64,000 nucleotides of DNA from Clostridia bacterium (GCA_045540295.1 JAZQGY010000011.1:610-64609), one strand, 5' to 3'; counted from the first letter of the stretch, positions 19,652 to 29,604 are shown. The notes: generated by a model not told the origin, from the sequence alone. Program-made: numbers and translations.

Positions 19652-21160
19652 TTACAGTTCATTCCGTTTGGTTGCTAAACGCATAATCTCTTCCTGATTG
19701 GCATTTTTGATGTCTAGTTCTCCGGTGATTTTGCCTTCGCACATAACGATGATTCTGTCACTCATTCTGAGGACTTCGGTCAATTCGGAAGAAATCATAA
19801 TAATGGATTTTCCAAGCTTTGCCAGTTCGTTCATTAAAGCGTAAATTTCGCTTTTTGCACCTACGTCAATCCCACGGGTCGGCTCATCAAAGATGAGAAT
19901 ATCGCAGTTTTTAATCAGCCATTTGGCAATGACCACTTTTTGCTGATTACCGCCTGATAAATTACGAACCGTTTGATAAATTGAAGGAGTTTTTGTTTTT
20001 AGCTTGCTGACATATTCCTTAGAAGTTTTAAAAACAGCCCCTTCCTTCACAAAACCGCAAGCGGAAAACTTTGGCAAATCCGCCAAAACAGAATTTTCAG
20101 CCACATCTAAATTGAGGGCAAGTCCGTAGCGTTTTCGGTCTTCGGAAAGGTAGCCGATTCCGTTTTTTACCGCATCCATCGGCGACTTGATTTCTACCCG
20201 TTTTCCGTTTAAAAACAGGACACCGCTATCCATTTTATCGGCACCGAATATGGCTCTGGCAAGCTCCGTTCTGCCTGCACCCATCAACCCTGCAAATCCA
20301 AGAATTTCGCCTTTTCGTAAGGAAAAACTCACGTCCTTTACGTGGGGAGCCAGTGTGATTCCTTCCGCTTTTAACACCACGGGAGCATCTTCTGCAACAG
20401 TGCTTTCTTCTTTTGGGTCTTCGTAAATGGTGCGTCCTACCATCATACTGATAATTTCATCTTTTGAGGTGTCCTTGGTGCGAACAGTTCCGATATACTC
20501 TCCGTCCCGCATAACGGTAACACGGTCGGTAATCGCTTCGATTTCGTCCATACGGTGGGAAATATAAATCATCCCGACGCCTTTATGCCGAAGCTCTGAA
20601 ATCAGACGGAAGAGTTCTTTGATTTCATGTTCGGTCAAGGCTGCGGTCGGCTCATCAAACACAATAATTTTTGCGTGGAAAGAAATTGCTTTTGCTATTT
20701 CCACCATTTGCTGTTTTCCAACGGTCAGGTTTTCAATAATTTCTTTGGGATTCAAGGAAATTCCAAGCTTCTTAAATAAAGCCTCTGATTCTTTTTCCAG
20801 CGCCCTGTCATCCAGCCAGAATCCCATTTTTTTCTGTTCACGACCGATAAAAATGTTTTCTGCCACCGTCAGATGGTTCATCATATTTAATTCCTGATGC
20901 ACAATGATAACGCCGTTTTCCTGAGCCTCTTTCGGATTTTTAAACTGAATTTCTTTTCCTAAAAAGGTGATGCGTCCTCCGTCTTTTTGATGGATTCCTG
21001 TGAGAATTTTCATCAAAGTGGATTTTCCGGCACCGTTTTCCCCTACCAAAGCGTGAACTTCTCCGGGGTATAAGTCAAGGTTAGCGTTTTTTAACGCTTT
21101 CACACCAACAAATTCTTTTGTGATATTTTCCATGGTAAGGATCGGGTTTTCTGTTGCCAT
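19652..21160 (-). CDS. Monosaccharide ABC transporter ATPase (RbsA/MglA-like, tandem NBDs)
   Basis: GENGAGKST, DEPT twice, LSGGNQQKV; start ATG 21160. Confidence 0.93.
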   Translation of the reverse strand: MATENPILTMENITKEFVGVKALKNANLDLYPGEVHALVGENGAGKSTLMKILTGIHQKDGGRITFLGKEIQFKNPKEAQENGVIIVHQELNMMNHLTVAENIFIGREQKKMGFWLDDRALEKESEALFKKLGISLNPKEIIENLTVGKQQMVEIAKAISFHAKIIVFDEPTAALTEHEIKELFRLISELRHKGVGMIYISHRMDEIEAITDRVTVMRDGEYIGTVRTKDTSKDEIISMMVGRTIYEDPKEESTVAEDAPVVLKAEGITLAPHVKDVSFSLRKGEILGFAGLMGAGRTELARAIFGADKMDSGVLFLNGKRVEIKSPMDAVKNGIGYLSEDRKRYGLALNLDVAENSVLADLPKFSACGFVKEGAVFKTSKEYVSKLKTKTPSIYQTVRNLSGGNQQKVVIAKWLIKNCDILIFDEPTRGIDVGAKSEIYALMNELAKLGKSIIMISSELTEVLRMSDRIIVMCEGKITGELDIKNANQEEIMRLATKRNEL

Positions 21161-21411
21161 ACTATAACCTGCCTCTTTTTTAAAAATAAACAAACAGACT
21201 TCTGATTTCTTCTTTTATGTTTGACCGATTTTTGATTATTATAACTTTTTTACGAAAAAAACTATCATTTTTCAGACTGGAAAAAACGGAACTTTTCCTG
21301 TTTGGAGTTCAAAAATACGTTGAATTTTTATGAAAACCGGAAAAATGGGTCAAAAAGTGCATTTTTTTCAGAAAAAAGTGCAAAAAAAATTAAAAAATAT
21401 TCAAAAAATAT

Positions 21412-21440
21412 TTGAATTATACAGAGTAGTATGTTATAAT
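21412..21440 (+). promoter_or_regulatory. SigmaA promoter heading the yqhY-nusB-ole operon
   Basis: TTGAAT-N17-TATAAT with TG extension and A-rich upstream tract. Confidence 0.7.
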
Positions 21441-21516
21441 ATATAAATAAGCTGGAAGGCTTATATCCAAAAAAGAATGAAAAACCAAAATAGAAGACAG
21501 AAAGGATTTTATTACC

Positions 21517-21876
21517 ATGGAAGAAAACATCTTAACCAATGATAAACAGGGCACCATTAAAGTAAGCGGTGAAGTGCTGTCTGTCATTTCCGGCATGGCT
21601 GTGAATGACATTGAAGGAGTTGCTTCTCTGATTGAGGATCCCGATAGCACTGTGTATTCCAAAAAAATGTTGAGCCGTGGCATCAGTGTTGACCAGAAAG
21701 CAGACGGTTTATCCGTTAGCCTGAATATTGTGGTGAAATACGGTTATTCCATTCCTGAAGTTGCAAGAGAAGTGCAGTTGAAGGTAAAAGATGCAATGGA
21801 AAATATGCTTGGGTTTGCTGTAAAAAACGTAAATGTTATCGTAGCAGGTGTCGATTTTACCGAAGCTGACCAATAA
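21517..21876 (+). CDS. Asp23/Gls24 family protein (YqhY-like)
   Basis: GTIKVSGEV, VKYGYSIPEVAREVQ, VNVIVAGV; upstream of nusB. Confidence 0.9.
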   Translation: MEENILTNDKQGTIKVSGEVLSVISGMAVNDIEGVASLIEDPDSTVYSKKMLSRGISVDQKADGLSVSLNIVVKYGYSIPEVAREVQLKVKDAMENMLGFAVKNVNVIVAGVDFTEADQ

Positions 21877-21888
21877 AGGATTAAAACC

Positions 21889-22287
21889 ATGAAAAGAAGA
21901 GAATTAAGAGAACATGCCTTCAAACTGATTTTTTCCGGCCACGACGGCGTTCTGCCGGAAGAAGGCATTGATTTTTATCTTTCGGATAATGACATCAAAG
22001 GGAAAGATGCTAAGGAACTCAGAGCTAAGGTGGAATTGGTATTTTCCAATCTTGCCAAAGTGGACGAAACCATTGCAGCTAACGTCAAGGGTTATGCTTT
22101 TGACAGAATCTCCAAGGTTTCTCTGGCGGTGCTTCGTTTAGGTGTGGCGGAAATGCTCTTTGACGAAACCGTTCCCGATGGGGTAGCCGTGTCGGAAGCA
22201 ATGGCAATTGCAGAAACCTTTGAAGACGAAAAATCAAAAACCTTTGTAAACGGCGTGTTAGGTGCTGTATCCAGAGGGAAAGAATAA
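21889..22287 (+). CDS. nusB: Transcription antitermination factor NusB
   Basis: RRELRE..F, AVLRLG, VAVSEA, FVNGVLG. Confidence 0.92.
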   Translation: MKRRELREHAFKLIFSGHDGVLPEEGIDFYLSDNDIKGKDAKELRAKVELVFSNLAKVDETIAANVKGYAFDRISKVSLAVLRLGVAEMLFDETVPDGVAVSEAMAIAETFEDEKSKTFVNGVLGAVSRGKE

Positions 22288-22297
22288 GGACTTTACT

Positions 22298-23509
22298 ATG
22301 GATGTTCTTACCATTACAGAACTGAATTTATACATTAAGGGGTTAATCGAACGGGACGGTGTGTTGCAAAACGTTACCGTGAAGGGAGAAATTTCCAACT
22401 TCAAGCATCATTCTTCAGGGCATTTGTATCTGTCATTAAAGGATGATGGCGGAGTGATCCGTGCCGTGATGTTCCGTTTTGCCGCTCAGAAACTCCGCTT
22501 CCGTCCTGAAAACGGAATGCAGGTAATTGTGTCGGGAAAAATCTCCGTGTACGAGCGAGACGGTCAGTATCAGATTTATATTGACGAAATGATGCCGGAC
22601 GGAGTCGGTGCATTGTATGTCGCTTATGAGCAATTAAAGGCACAACTGGAGCAGGAAGGCCTTTTTTCTCCTCAGTATAAAAAGCCCATTCCCAAGTATC
22701 CCGAAACTATCGGAATTGTTACTTCTCCCACCGGAGCAGCCATTCGGGATATTTTAAACATCTTGAAGCGGCGTTTCCCTTACACTAAGGTATATCTATA
22801 TCCCGCATTGGTGCAAGGGGAAGGAGCCAAAGAATCCATTGTTCGTGGGCTTCGCTTTTTTGACGGAAAAGTAGACACCGTTATTACAGGACGTGGCGGC
22901 GGTTCCATTGAAGATTTGTGGGCGTTTAACGAAGAAGCGGTTGCTCGTCAGATTTTTGCGATGAAGACGCCTGTGATTTCGGCTGTGGGACATGAAACGG
23001 ATTTTACCATTGCCGACTTTGTTGCCGATAAGCGGGTACCCACTCCATCAGCTGCGGCAGAGATTTCTGTTCCTTCGGGAGCGGAGCTGCAAAAGTTTCT
23101 GAAAATGGTAGACGGTCGCTTGTATACAGCGCTTTTCGGTCAGTTGGAACGTGCGCAAAAGAACTTGCAGGTTCTTTTAGAAAAGGAAGTTTTAAAGAAT
23201 CCGTTGGCAGTGTATAACATCAAGCGGATGCAGATTGATGCTTATTCCACTCAGTTGGAAAACAGCTATACGAAAAAAATGCACGGCGCAAAGGAACAGT
23301 TTGTGAAGTATGTTGCCAAACTGGATGCCTTAAGCCCGCTAAAGATTTTAAAACGAGGTTATTCTGTGGCGGAAGATGAAGGGGGAAACCCGGTATCGTC
23401 GGTTTCTGCATTTGATGTGGGAAGCCGTGTGTATGTGACGATGGCAGATGGTAAGCTGGGCTGTGACGTTACTGAAATTACAAAATCAAAGAAATCCGGA
23501 GAGGTTTAA
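22298..23509 (+). CDS. xseA: Exodeoxyribonuclease VII large subunit
   Basis: GEISNF, SGHLYLSLKD, RGGGSIEDLWAFNEE, SAVGHETD, PTPSAAAE; start ATG 22298. Confidence 0.95.
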   Translation: MDVLTITELNLYIKGLIERDGVLQNVTVKGEISNFKHHSSGHLYLSLKDDGGVIRAVMFRFAAQKLRFRPENGMQVIVSGKISVYERDGQYQIYIDEMMPDGVGALYVAYEQLKAQLEQEGLFSPQYKKPIPKYPETIGIVTSPTGAAIRDILNILKRRFPYTKVYLYPALVQGEGAKESIVRGLRFFDGKVDTVITGRGGGSIEDLWAFNEEAVARQIFAMKTPVISAVGHETDFTIADFVADKRVPTPSAAAEISVPSGAELQKFLKMVDGRLYTALFGQLERAQKNLQVLLEKEVLKNPLAVYNIKRMQIDAYSTQLENSYTKKMHGAKEQFVKYVAKLDALSPLKILKRGYSVAEDEGGNPVSSVSAFDVGSRVYVTMADGKLGCDVTEITKSKKSGEV

Positions 23510-23512
23510 CAT

Positions 23513-23752
23513 ATGGAAGAAAAGAAACTTACGTTTGAAGAAGGCATGAAACGTCTGGAAGAAATCGTTGTAGGTCTGGAAAAAGGTTCTGTCAGCCTGG
23601 AAGACGCCATGGAGCTTTTTACCGAAGGTACGAAACTTTCCAAAGAGTTGCAGACTATTTTAGACCGGGCAGAATCTAAAATTAAAATGATTACCGAACA
23701 GAACGGACAGGTTACTGCCGTTGATTTTGAAACCAAAGAAACGGCGGAATAG
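23513..23752 (+). CDS. xseB: Exodeoxyribonuclease VII small subunit
   Basis: TFEEGMKRLEEIV..LE.G..SLED; follows xseA. Confidence 0.93.
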   Translation: MEEKKLTFEEGMKRLEEIVVGLEKGSVSLEDAMELFTEGTKLSKELQTILDRAESKIKMITEQNGQVTAVDFETKETAE

Positions 23753-23756
23753 TTTT

Positions 23757-24644
23757 ATGAAAATGAAAATTCAAGCAAAAGCCAATCTGGTGGAGGAGTT
23801 TTTGCGGCAGGAGCTGTCAGAAGCATCCTACCAGGAAAATCTTCGCCAAATCATGGAATATGCAATTACCAACGGTGGCAAGCGTCTTCGACCTGTGTTA
23901 CTGGTAAGCACTTATGAGTTATTTTGTGATGACATCAAAAAAGCACTTCCTTATGCGGCAGCGTTGGAGATGATTCATTCCTATTCTTTGGTGCATGATG
24001 ATTTGCCCAGTATGGATAATGACGATTTGCGTCGTGGAAAACCAACCTGCCACAAACAGTTTTCCGAATATGGAGCAATTTTAGCAGGAGACGCACTTTT
24101 AAACTTAAGCTTTGAAACTATGCTCCGTTATGCAGGCAATTTTCCGTTGGAAATTGCAATCCGTGCAATGGCATACATTACCAATGCATCCGGGGCAAAA
24201 GGAATGTGTGCCGGGCAGATGACCGACATGGAGCAGTCTGTTACCGATTTCGATGCTCTTTGTGAAATGTACCGCAAAAAAACCGGAGCTTTATTAAAAG
24301 CGGCGGTGGTAACCGGTGGTATTTTAGGCGGTGCATCAGAGGAAATCATTGTAATTTTGGAACGGTATGCGGATCTTGTGGGGCTAATTTTCCAGATTAA
24401 AGATGATATTTTAGATGTGGAGTCCGATGAGGCTACCTTGGGAAAACCCGTACTCAGTGACCAAAAGAACCAAAAAATTACCTTTGTTTCCCAGTATGGT
24501 ATTAAGCGTTGCCGTGAACTGATGGCGGAATATGAAAAAACTGCTTTGGAATGCTTATCCTGCGTGGAAAAGCTGTTAGACAGAGAAGGCGTTTGCAGTT
24601 TTTTGGCAGAACTGACCGTCTATATGGCGAACCGAATCAACTAA
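23757..24644 (+). CDS. ispA: Geranyl/farnesyl diphosphate synthase
   Basis: GGKRLRP, HDDLPSMDNDDLRRG, KKTG, FQIKDDILD. Confidence 0.93.
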   Translation: MKMKIQAKANLVEEFLRQELSEASYQENLRQIMEYAITNGGKRLRPVLLVSTYELFCDDIKKALPYAAALEMIHSYSLVHDDLPSMDNDDLRRGKPTCHKQFSEYGAILAGDALLNLSFETMLRYAGNFPLEIAIRAMAYITNASGAKGMCAGQMTDMEQSVTDFDALCEMYRKKTGALLKAAVVTGGILGGASEEIIVILERYADLVGLIFQIKDDILDVESDEATLGKPVLSDQKNQKITFVSQYGIKRCRELMAEYEKTALECLSCVEKLLDREGVCSFLAELTVYMANRIN

Positions 24645-24665
24645 AACATGCGGGAGGAAATCTCT

Positions 24666-25112
24666 ATGCATAATTTTGGAGATGTTTTTCAAAATAGAAT
24701 TTTACTTGCATCATTAGTGTCATGCTTATTGGCGCAGGTCTTAAAAATATTATTTCACAAATTTATGAAGAAGGAGTGGGATGTAACCCGTTGCATCGGG
24801 TCGGGCGGTATGCCAAGCTCCCATTCGTCTTCTGTTTGTACGTTGGCAACCTGCATTGGTATTGAATACGGATTTGCAAGTTCGTTATTTGCCATTGTGG
24901 TGGTGTTCTCCTTGATTGTGATGTATGATGCAGCAGGTGTGAGAAAAGCAGCGGGAGAACAAGCTAAAATCTTAAACAGAATTATTAAAAAATTTGAACA
25001 TCAGGAATTCCAGATTGATAAAGAACTCAAAGAATTTATCGGTCACACCAAGCCGGAAGTTTGGGCAGGTGCGGCACTTGGGATTCTGATTGGAATTTTG
25101 TTTTATTTATAA
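24666..25112 (+). CDS. Divergent PAP2 (DUF212) family membrane protein
   Basis: SGGMPSSHS, VMYDAAGVR, ELKEFIGHT; GGAGG RBS favours ATG 24666. Confidence 0.92.
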   Translation: MHNFGDVFQNRILLASLVSCLLAQVLKILFHKFMKKEWDVTRCIGSGGMPSSHSSSVCTLATCIGIEYGFASSLFAIVVVFSLIVMYDAAGVRKAAGEQAKILNRIIKKFEHQEFQIDKELKEFIGHTKPEVWAGAALGILIGILFYL

Positions 25113-25123
25113 TCGCATAAACT

Positions 25124-25732
25124 GTGGCGCTGTATTCTAGTCAACTATGCACTATCGAGGGCGGGGCTAAAAATCCGCTAAAGAGCATATCGATGAAGTT
25201 CCTTGTGTTTGCTTTGGACGCCCAGTCCGGGGTGGATGCTGGGAGTTAAGGTTATGGGGCAACTGCTAATGGCATAGCGGTGGAAACCCTATTTCCGTGG
25301 AGACCTGTTCTCGTGGTCGGCAGTTACTGCAATCAAAAAACGATGTAATTGTCAGCTACGGCTCAGGATTAAACCTGCAATTGCGGTATGATACCAAAGT
25401 AGAGTGCTGTGTGCAGAGTAGCTTGCCTTGAAGCGAGCAGCAGGGGAGATCCGGATCAGACTGTTTTTGGGAATGGCCATTCTCGGAGGAGTTATTGCCG
25501 ATTGAAACTCTGTTTGCCAAAAAGGATTAGGTATTGCAAATGTTGTATGGGAAAACCACTAGACAGAATAGAGTCGGAGGATTGCAGTGCGGACTCAGTG
25601 GCGATCGAGTGCAGCAGATAGGCAACTGTGCTGAAAGTGTTTTAAAGAGAAATCGCTCTATTGGCGACAAGGAGTAGCACTTTGGGAAATCCAACTCGAC
25701 CTAAGCCGCAGAATTTACTCCGATTCTGCCAC
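25124..25732 (+). ncRNA. ole: OLE (ornate, large, extremophilic) RNA
   Basis: ~610-nt GC-richer region with no credible ORF; blocks matching my recollection of OLE (TATTCTAGTC, AAAATCCGCTAAAG, CGATGAAGTTCC, GACGCCCAG, GCTGGGAGTTAAG, GACCTAAGCCGCA); long-range pairings GTGGC(25124)/GCCAC(25728), CTAGT/ACTAG(25558), GAGTCGGAG(25571)/CTCCGATTC(25718); GNRA-type loops; canonical position upstream of oapA. Confidence 0.92.
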
Positions 25733-25774
25733 GTTTACTTTTAAATTGTAAAACAGACCCGTCCATCTGTTTCC

Positions 25775-26207
25775 TGTGGATAAATTTTCAGTTATAGCGT
25801 GCGAAAATGCTTGGGAATACACAAAGTATTCCCTGTGCTTTTCACCCACTCTTACAAGAAAATTTATTCCACAATAACCAAATGTCCGAATCTGTTTTAC
25901 AATTTTGAAAATACTTGATAAAAGGCTGAATTTTTGTGGAAAAATTCTTAGCGATAGCGTGCGAAAATGCTCGAGAATACACAAAGTATTCCTTGTGCTT
26001 TTCACCCACTCTTACAAGAAAATTTATTCCACAATAACCAAATGTCCGAATCTGTTTTACAATTTTGAAAATACTTGATAAAAGGCTGAATTTTTGTGGA
26101 AAAATTCTTAGCGATAGCGTGCGAAAATGCTCGGGAATACACAAAGTATTCCCTGTGCTTTTCATCCACTCTTACAAGAAAATTTATTCCACAATAACCA
26201 AATGTCC
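25775..26207. repeat. Tandem array of ~2.7 copies of a 160-bp unit, each with a ~100-bp imperfect palindrome
   Basis: GCGAAAATGC at 25801, 25961, 26121 (period 160); arms TGTGGA..AAATT / AATTTATTCCACA; central GGGAATAC-acaaa-GTATTCCC. Confidence 0.95.
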
Positions 26208-26304
26208 AATTTCATTTTATAATTTTGGCGCATTTGATAGCGATTACAAATTACAAAACTGATTTTAATATATTTGACAGAAATTACAAAAAACGGAGTA
26301 CATT

Positions 26305-26922
26305 ATGGAATCCAATAAAAAAGAAGATATTCCCAAACCGAAGAAAAAGGCGGTAAGCTGGGCCGTGAAAGCCACGGTGATTACTTTTTTTATTTCCTTT
26401 TTCTTAGGTGTTTTTGCGGATATTTTATCCAAAAACTTAAGCTTTGTTCCTGCTCTTTTGGTGCTTGTTTTCATCATTTTGGTTGGCATTATTGCAGATA
26501 TGGCAGGGATTGCCATTGCAACTGCGGATGAAAAAACCTTAAATGCTATGGCTGCCAGAAAAATGTGTGGTGCAAAAGAAGCGTTATCCCTTTTAAAAAG
26601 TGCAGAAAAAGCAACCAGTATTTTTAATGATGTGATTGGAGATATTGCGGGGATCATCAGTGGTGCCACCGGTGCTACCATTGGCGTGTATGTCATCCGT
26701 ATGCTGGGAGATGTGATTTCCTCCGGCAATGCTCAATTTGGAGAATTGATTACACTTAGTATTCTGTCTGCTCTTATTGCTTCCTTAACGGTTGGCGGTA
26801 AGGCAGCGGGGAAAAAATATGCGATTAAAAATGCGGAAAAAATTGTGTATCTGGTTGGCAGAGTGGCACATTTTTGCAAGCGGATTACCAAGGTGAAGAA
26901 TTGGTTTCGAAAAGAACGTTAA
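26305..26922 (+). CDS. oapA: OLE-associated membrane protein A (DUF21/CNNM-like)
   Basis: 205 aa, ~4 TM; D.AGIA.ATADE, AMAARK..GA, NDVIGDIAGIISG (D109/D113), SLTVGGKA; between ole and dxs. Confidence 0.9.
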   Translation: MESNKKEDIPKPKKKAVSWAVKATVITFFISFFLGVFADILSKNLSFVPALLVLVFIILVGIIADMAGIAIATADEKTLNAMAARKMCGAKEALSLLKSAEKATSIFNDVIGDIAGIISGATGATIGVYVIRMLGDVISSGNAQFGELITLSILSALIASLTVGGKAAGKKYAIKNAEKIVYLVGRVAHFCKRITKVKNWFRKER

Positions 26923-26953
26923 TTCATAACGATATAAACACGAGGGAACAAAC

Positions 26954-28810
26954 GTGACACATCAATCTTTATTTGACAAACTGAATGATTATCAGAATTT
27001 AAAAGAAATGCCGATTTCTGAGCTTCAGACACTTTGTGACGAAATCCGCAGTTTCTTAATTGATTCTGTTTCTGAAACCGGAGGGCATCTGGCTTCTAAT
27101 TTGGGTGCTGTTGAGCTGACGGTTGCACTACACAGAGAGTTTTCGTTTCCCAAGGATAAACTGATTTTTGATGTTGGTCATCAGAGTTATGTTCATAAAA
27201 TTTTAACGGGGCGCGGCGAGGACTTTGTCCACCTCAGAAAGCTTGGCGGAATTTCCGGATTCCCCAAAACTACTGAAAGTGAATTTGATACTTTTCATTC
27301 CGGCCATAGTTCCAATTCCATTTCTGTGGCACTGGGCTTAAAACGGGGACTGGAGCAGCAGGGAGATTCTTCCCATGTAATTGCCATGATTGGAGACGGT
27401 GCGTTAACCGGCGGTATGGCAATTGAGGCGATGAACGATGCCGGCAGAGAAAAGAACAATATTATCGTGGTGCTAAACGATAATGAAATGAGTATTTCCG
27501 AGAATGTGGGCAGTATTGCCCGTCATCTTGCCAAAATGCGGACAAGTCCCATTTATCTTCGTACCAAAGGCGGAGTTTCTACTTTCTTCTCGAAAATTCC
27601 CTGGATTGGAAAAGGATTATATAAATTCATCTCCACCTTTAAAGCGGCATTTCGCAATATGATTATCGGAGATAACATTTTTGAAGAGCTTGGTTTTTAC
27701 TATGCCGGTCCCTTTGACGGGCATAATCTCAAAGGCCTTTGCAAGGTGTTCAGCCAGTTAAAAGATATTGATAAGCCTATTGTGATTCATGTGATGACGA
27801 AAAAAGGGAAGGGATACCTTCCGGCAGAACAACGTCCTGATTTATTCCATGGAATCAAAGGCTTTGACGTGGAAACAGGGATTCCCACTCCTTCCGGCAA
27901 AAACTTCTCCTGTGCTTTTGGTGAAGCAATGGTGGAACTGGGCGAAACCGACAAAAAGATTGTGGCAATTACCGCTGCAATGCCGGACGGAACCGGTTTG
28001 ACCGGTTTTCGTGATAAGTATCCCGACCGTTATTATGATGTGGCGATTGCCGAGGCCCACGGTGCAGGATTGTCTGCCGGACTTGCTATTTCCGGAATGG
28101 TTCCTGTGTTTGCGGTGTATTCATCGTTTTTGCAGCGTGCTTATGACCAGATGATTACCGATGTTTGCGGTATGAATCTGCATTGTGTATTTGCAGTAGA
28201 CCGTTCAGGAATTGTTGGGGAAGATGGGGAAACCCATCAGGGAATTTTTGATATTTCCTACCTCACTTCCATGCCCAATATGACTGTGTTTTCTCCTGCA
28301 ACCTACAATGACCTTCGTTTTATGCTGAAGGAGGCAACCCAAGATTACAATTCTCCTTGTGCTATCCGTTATCCCAGAGGCAGCGAATCCCAAGATGTCT
28401 GTGCGTTGGAGCAGCCTTATGAAAAAGGAAAAGCCCAGGTTTTAGTGGAAGGAAAACACGTTTCCATTTTATGTGACGGTTCCATGGTATCAGAAGGATT
28501 GAAGGCAACCAAACTGTTAGCAGAACTTGGCGTTTCGGCAGAGCTTATTAATCTTCGCTATCTGAAACCTTTAGACTGGGAAACCATTGGTAGTTCCTTA
28601 ATGAAAACCAAGCGTGGTGTGGTGATGGAGAATGCCTGCCGAAGCGGTGGCATTTATTCCATGCTGACGGGTGCAACCACCGTACCGTTGCTGTCGGTTT
28701 CGGTGCCTGACTGTTATGTTCCTCACGGTAAAGTGGAGGAATTATACAAAATGTTCCAGATGGATGGCGAAAGCGTTGCAAAAAGAATTATGGAGGAATT
28801 TTTCCGTTGA
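26954..28810 (+). CDS. dxs: 1-deoxy-D-xylulose-5-phosphate synthase
   Basis: GGHLASNLG, FDVGHQSY, GDGALTGG, NDNEMSIS, DGETHQG, IRYPRG. Confidence 0.96.
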   Translation: MTHQSLFDKLNDYQNLKEMPISELQTLCDEIRSFLIDSVSETGGHLASNLGAVELTVALHREFSFPKDKLIFDVGHQSYVHKILTGRGEDFVHLRKLGGISGFPKTTESEFDTFHSGHSSNSISVALGLKRGLEQQGDSSHVIAMIGDGALTGGMAIEAMNDAGREKNNIIVVLNDNEMSISENVGSIARHLAKMRTSPIYLRTKGGVSTFFSKIPWIGKGLYKFISTFKAAFRNMIIGDNIFEELGFYYAGPFDGHNLKGLCKVFSQLKDIDKPIVIHVMTKKGKGYLPAEQRPDLFHGIKGFDVETGIPTPSGKNFSCAFGEAMVELGETDKKIVAITAAMPDGTGLTGFRDKYPDRYYDVAIAEAHGAGLSAGLAISGMVPVFAVYSSFLQRAYDQMITDVCGMNLHCVFAVDRSGIVGEDGETHQGIFDISYLTSMPNMTVFSPATYNDLRFMLKEATQDYNSPCAIRYPRGSESQDVCALEQPYEKGKAQVLVEGKHVSILCDGSMVSEGLKATKLLAELGVSAELINLRYLKPLDWETIGSSLMKTKRGVVMENACRSGGIYSMLTGATTVPLLSVSVPDCYVPHGKVEELYKMFQMDGESVAKRIMEEFFR

Positions 28811-29604
28811 AAATAAGACTGGATGTTGCCCTGACAGAGCAGGGACTTGCTCCTTCCCGGGAAAAGGCGAAGGCACTCATTATGGCAGGTCAGGTATATG
28901 TGGACGGGCAAAAAGCATATAAAGCCGGAGAAATGATTGAGGATTCCCAAAGCCTTACGGTGAAAGAGGAATTGCCTTTTGTGTCCCGTGGCGGCTACAA
29001 GCTGGATAAGGGAATCAAAGTCTTCGGTATCAATTTAGAAGACAAAGTTTGTGTTGATATCGGTGCATCTACAGGAGGTTTTACCGATTGTATGCTGCAA
29101 AACGGTGCAAAGCGTGTGTATGCAGTAGATGTGGGATACGGTCAGTTGGATTGGAAGCTTCGCAGTGATGACCGTGTGGTAGTGTTAGAGCGTACCAACG
29201 CCCGATATTTAACCGAAGAACAAATTCCTGAGCGTGCAGACTTTTTATCTGCAGATGTGGCGTTTATTTCCTTAAACACTGCACTTTCCACAGCAGTGGA
29301 TTTGCTTAGCGATTCTGCGGAGCTGATGGTGTTAATCAAGCCTCAGTTTGAAGCAGGCAGAGAATTTGTTGGAAAAAAAGGCGTGGTGAAAGACAAAAAA
29401 GTTCATCACGATGTGATTGTAAAAGTTTGTGAACAGATGATTGCTAAAGGGCTGACATTACTGGATCTGGATTTTTCTCCTATCAAGGGCCCTGAAGGTA
29501 ATATTGAATACTTACTCTATATGACAAAACGGCAGGAAGTATCTATGGATTATCTTGCCAAAGCAAAAGAAATTACCGAAGCATCTCATACCACATTGGA
29601 TTAA
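28807..29604 (+). CDS. tlyA: TlyA family RNA methyltransferase
   Basis: S4 domain, FVSRGGYKL, DIGASTGGFTD, LIKPQFE, SPIKGPEGNIEY. Confidence 0.95.
   Translation: MKIRLDVALTEQGLAPSREKAKALIMAGQVYVDGQKAYKAGEMIEDSQSLTVKEELPFVSRGGYKLDKGIKVFGINLEDKVCVDIGASTGGFTDCMLQNGAKRVYAVDVGYGQLDWKLRSDDRVVVLERTNARYLTEEQIPERADFLSADVAFISLNTALSTAVDLLSDSAELMVLIKPQFEAGREFVGKKGVVKDKKVHHDVIVKVCEQMIAKGLTLLDLDFSPIKGPEGNIEYLLYMTKRQEVSMDYLAKAKEITEASHTTLD

Noticed and set aside
25409..25621. 70-aa ORF inside the ncRNA
   Set aside because: Lies within the OLE structure with no convincing RBS
25124..25732. RNase P RNA, tmRNA or self-splicing intron
   Set aside because: No recognisable RNase P P4 motif, tmRNA ends or group II intron ends; size and oapA context fit OLE
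25775..26207. CRISPR array
   Set aside because: Whole 160-bp units are near-identical with no unique spacers, and there are no cas genes in the window
25715..26262. ORFs 25715-26005, 25842-26165 and 26065-26262
   Set aside because: Translations of the repeat in different frames (160 is not a multiple of 3) and not protein-like
26274..26304. Dedicated oapA promoter TTGACA..TACATT
   Set aside because: 19-nt spacer and the -10 abuts the ATG, which would place the start site inside the CDS
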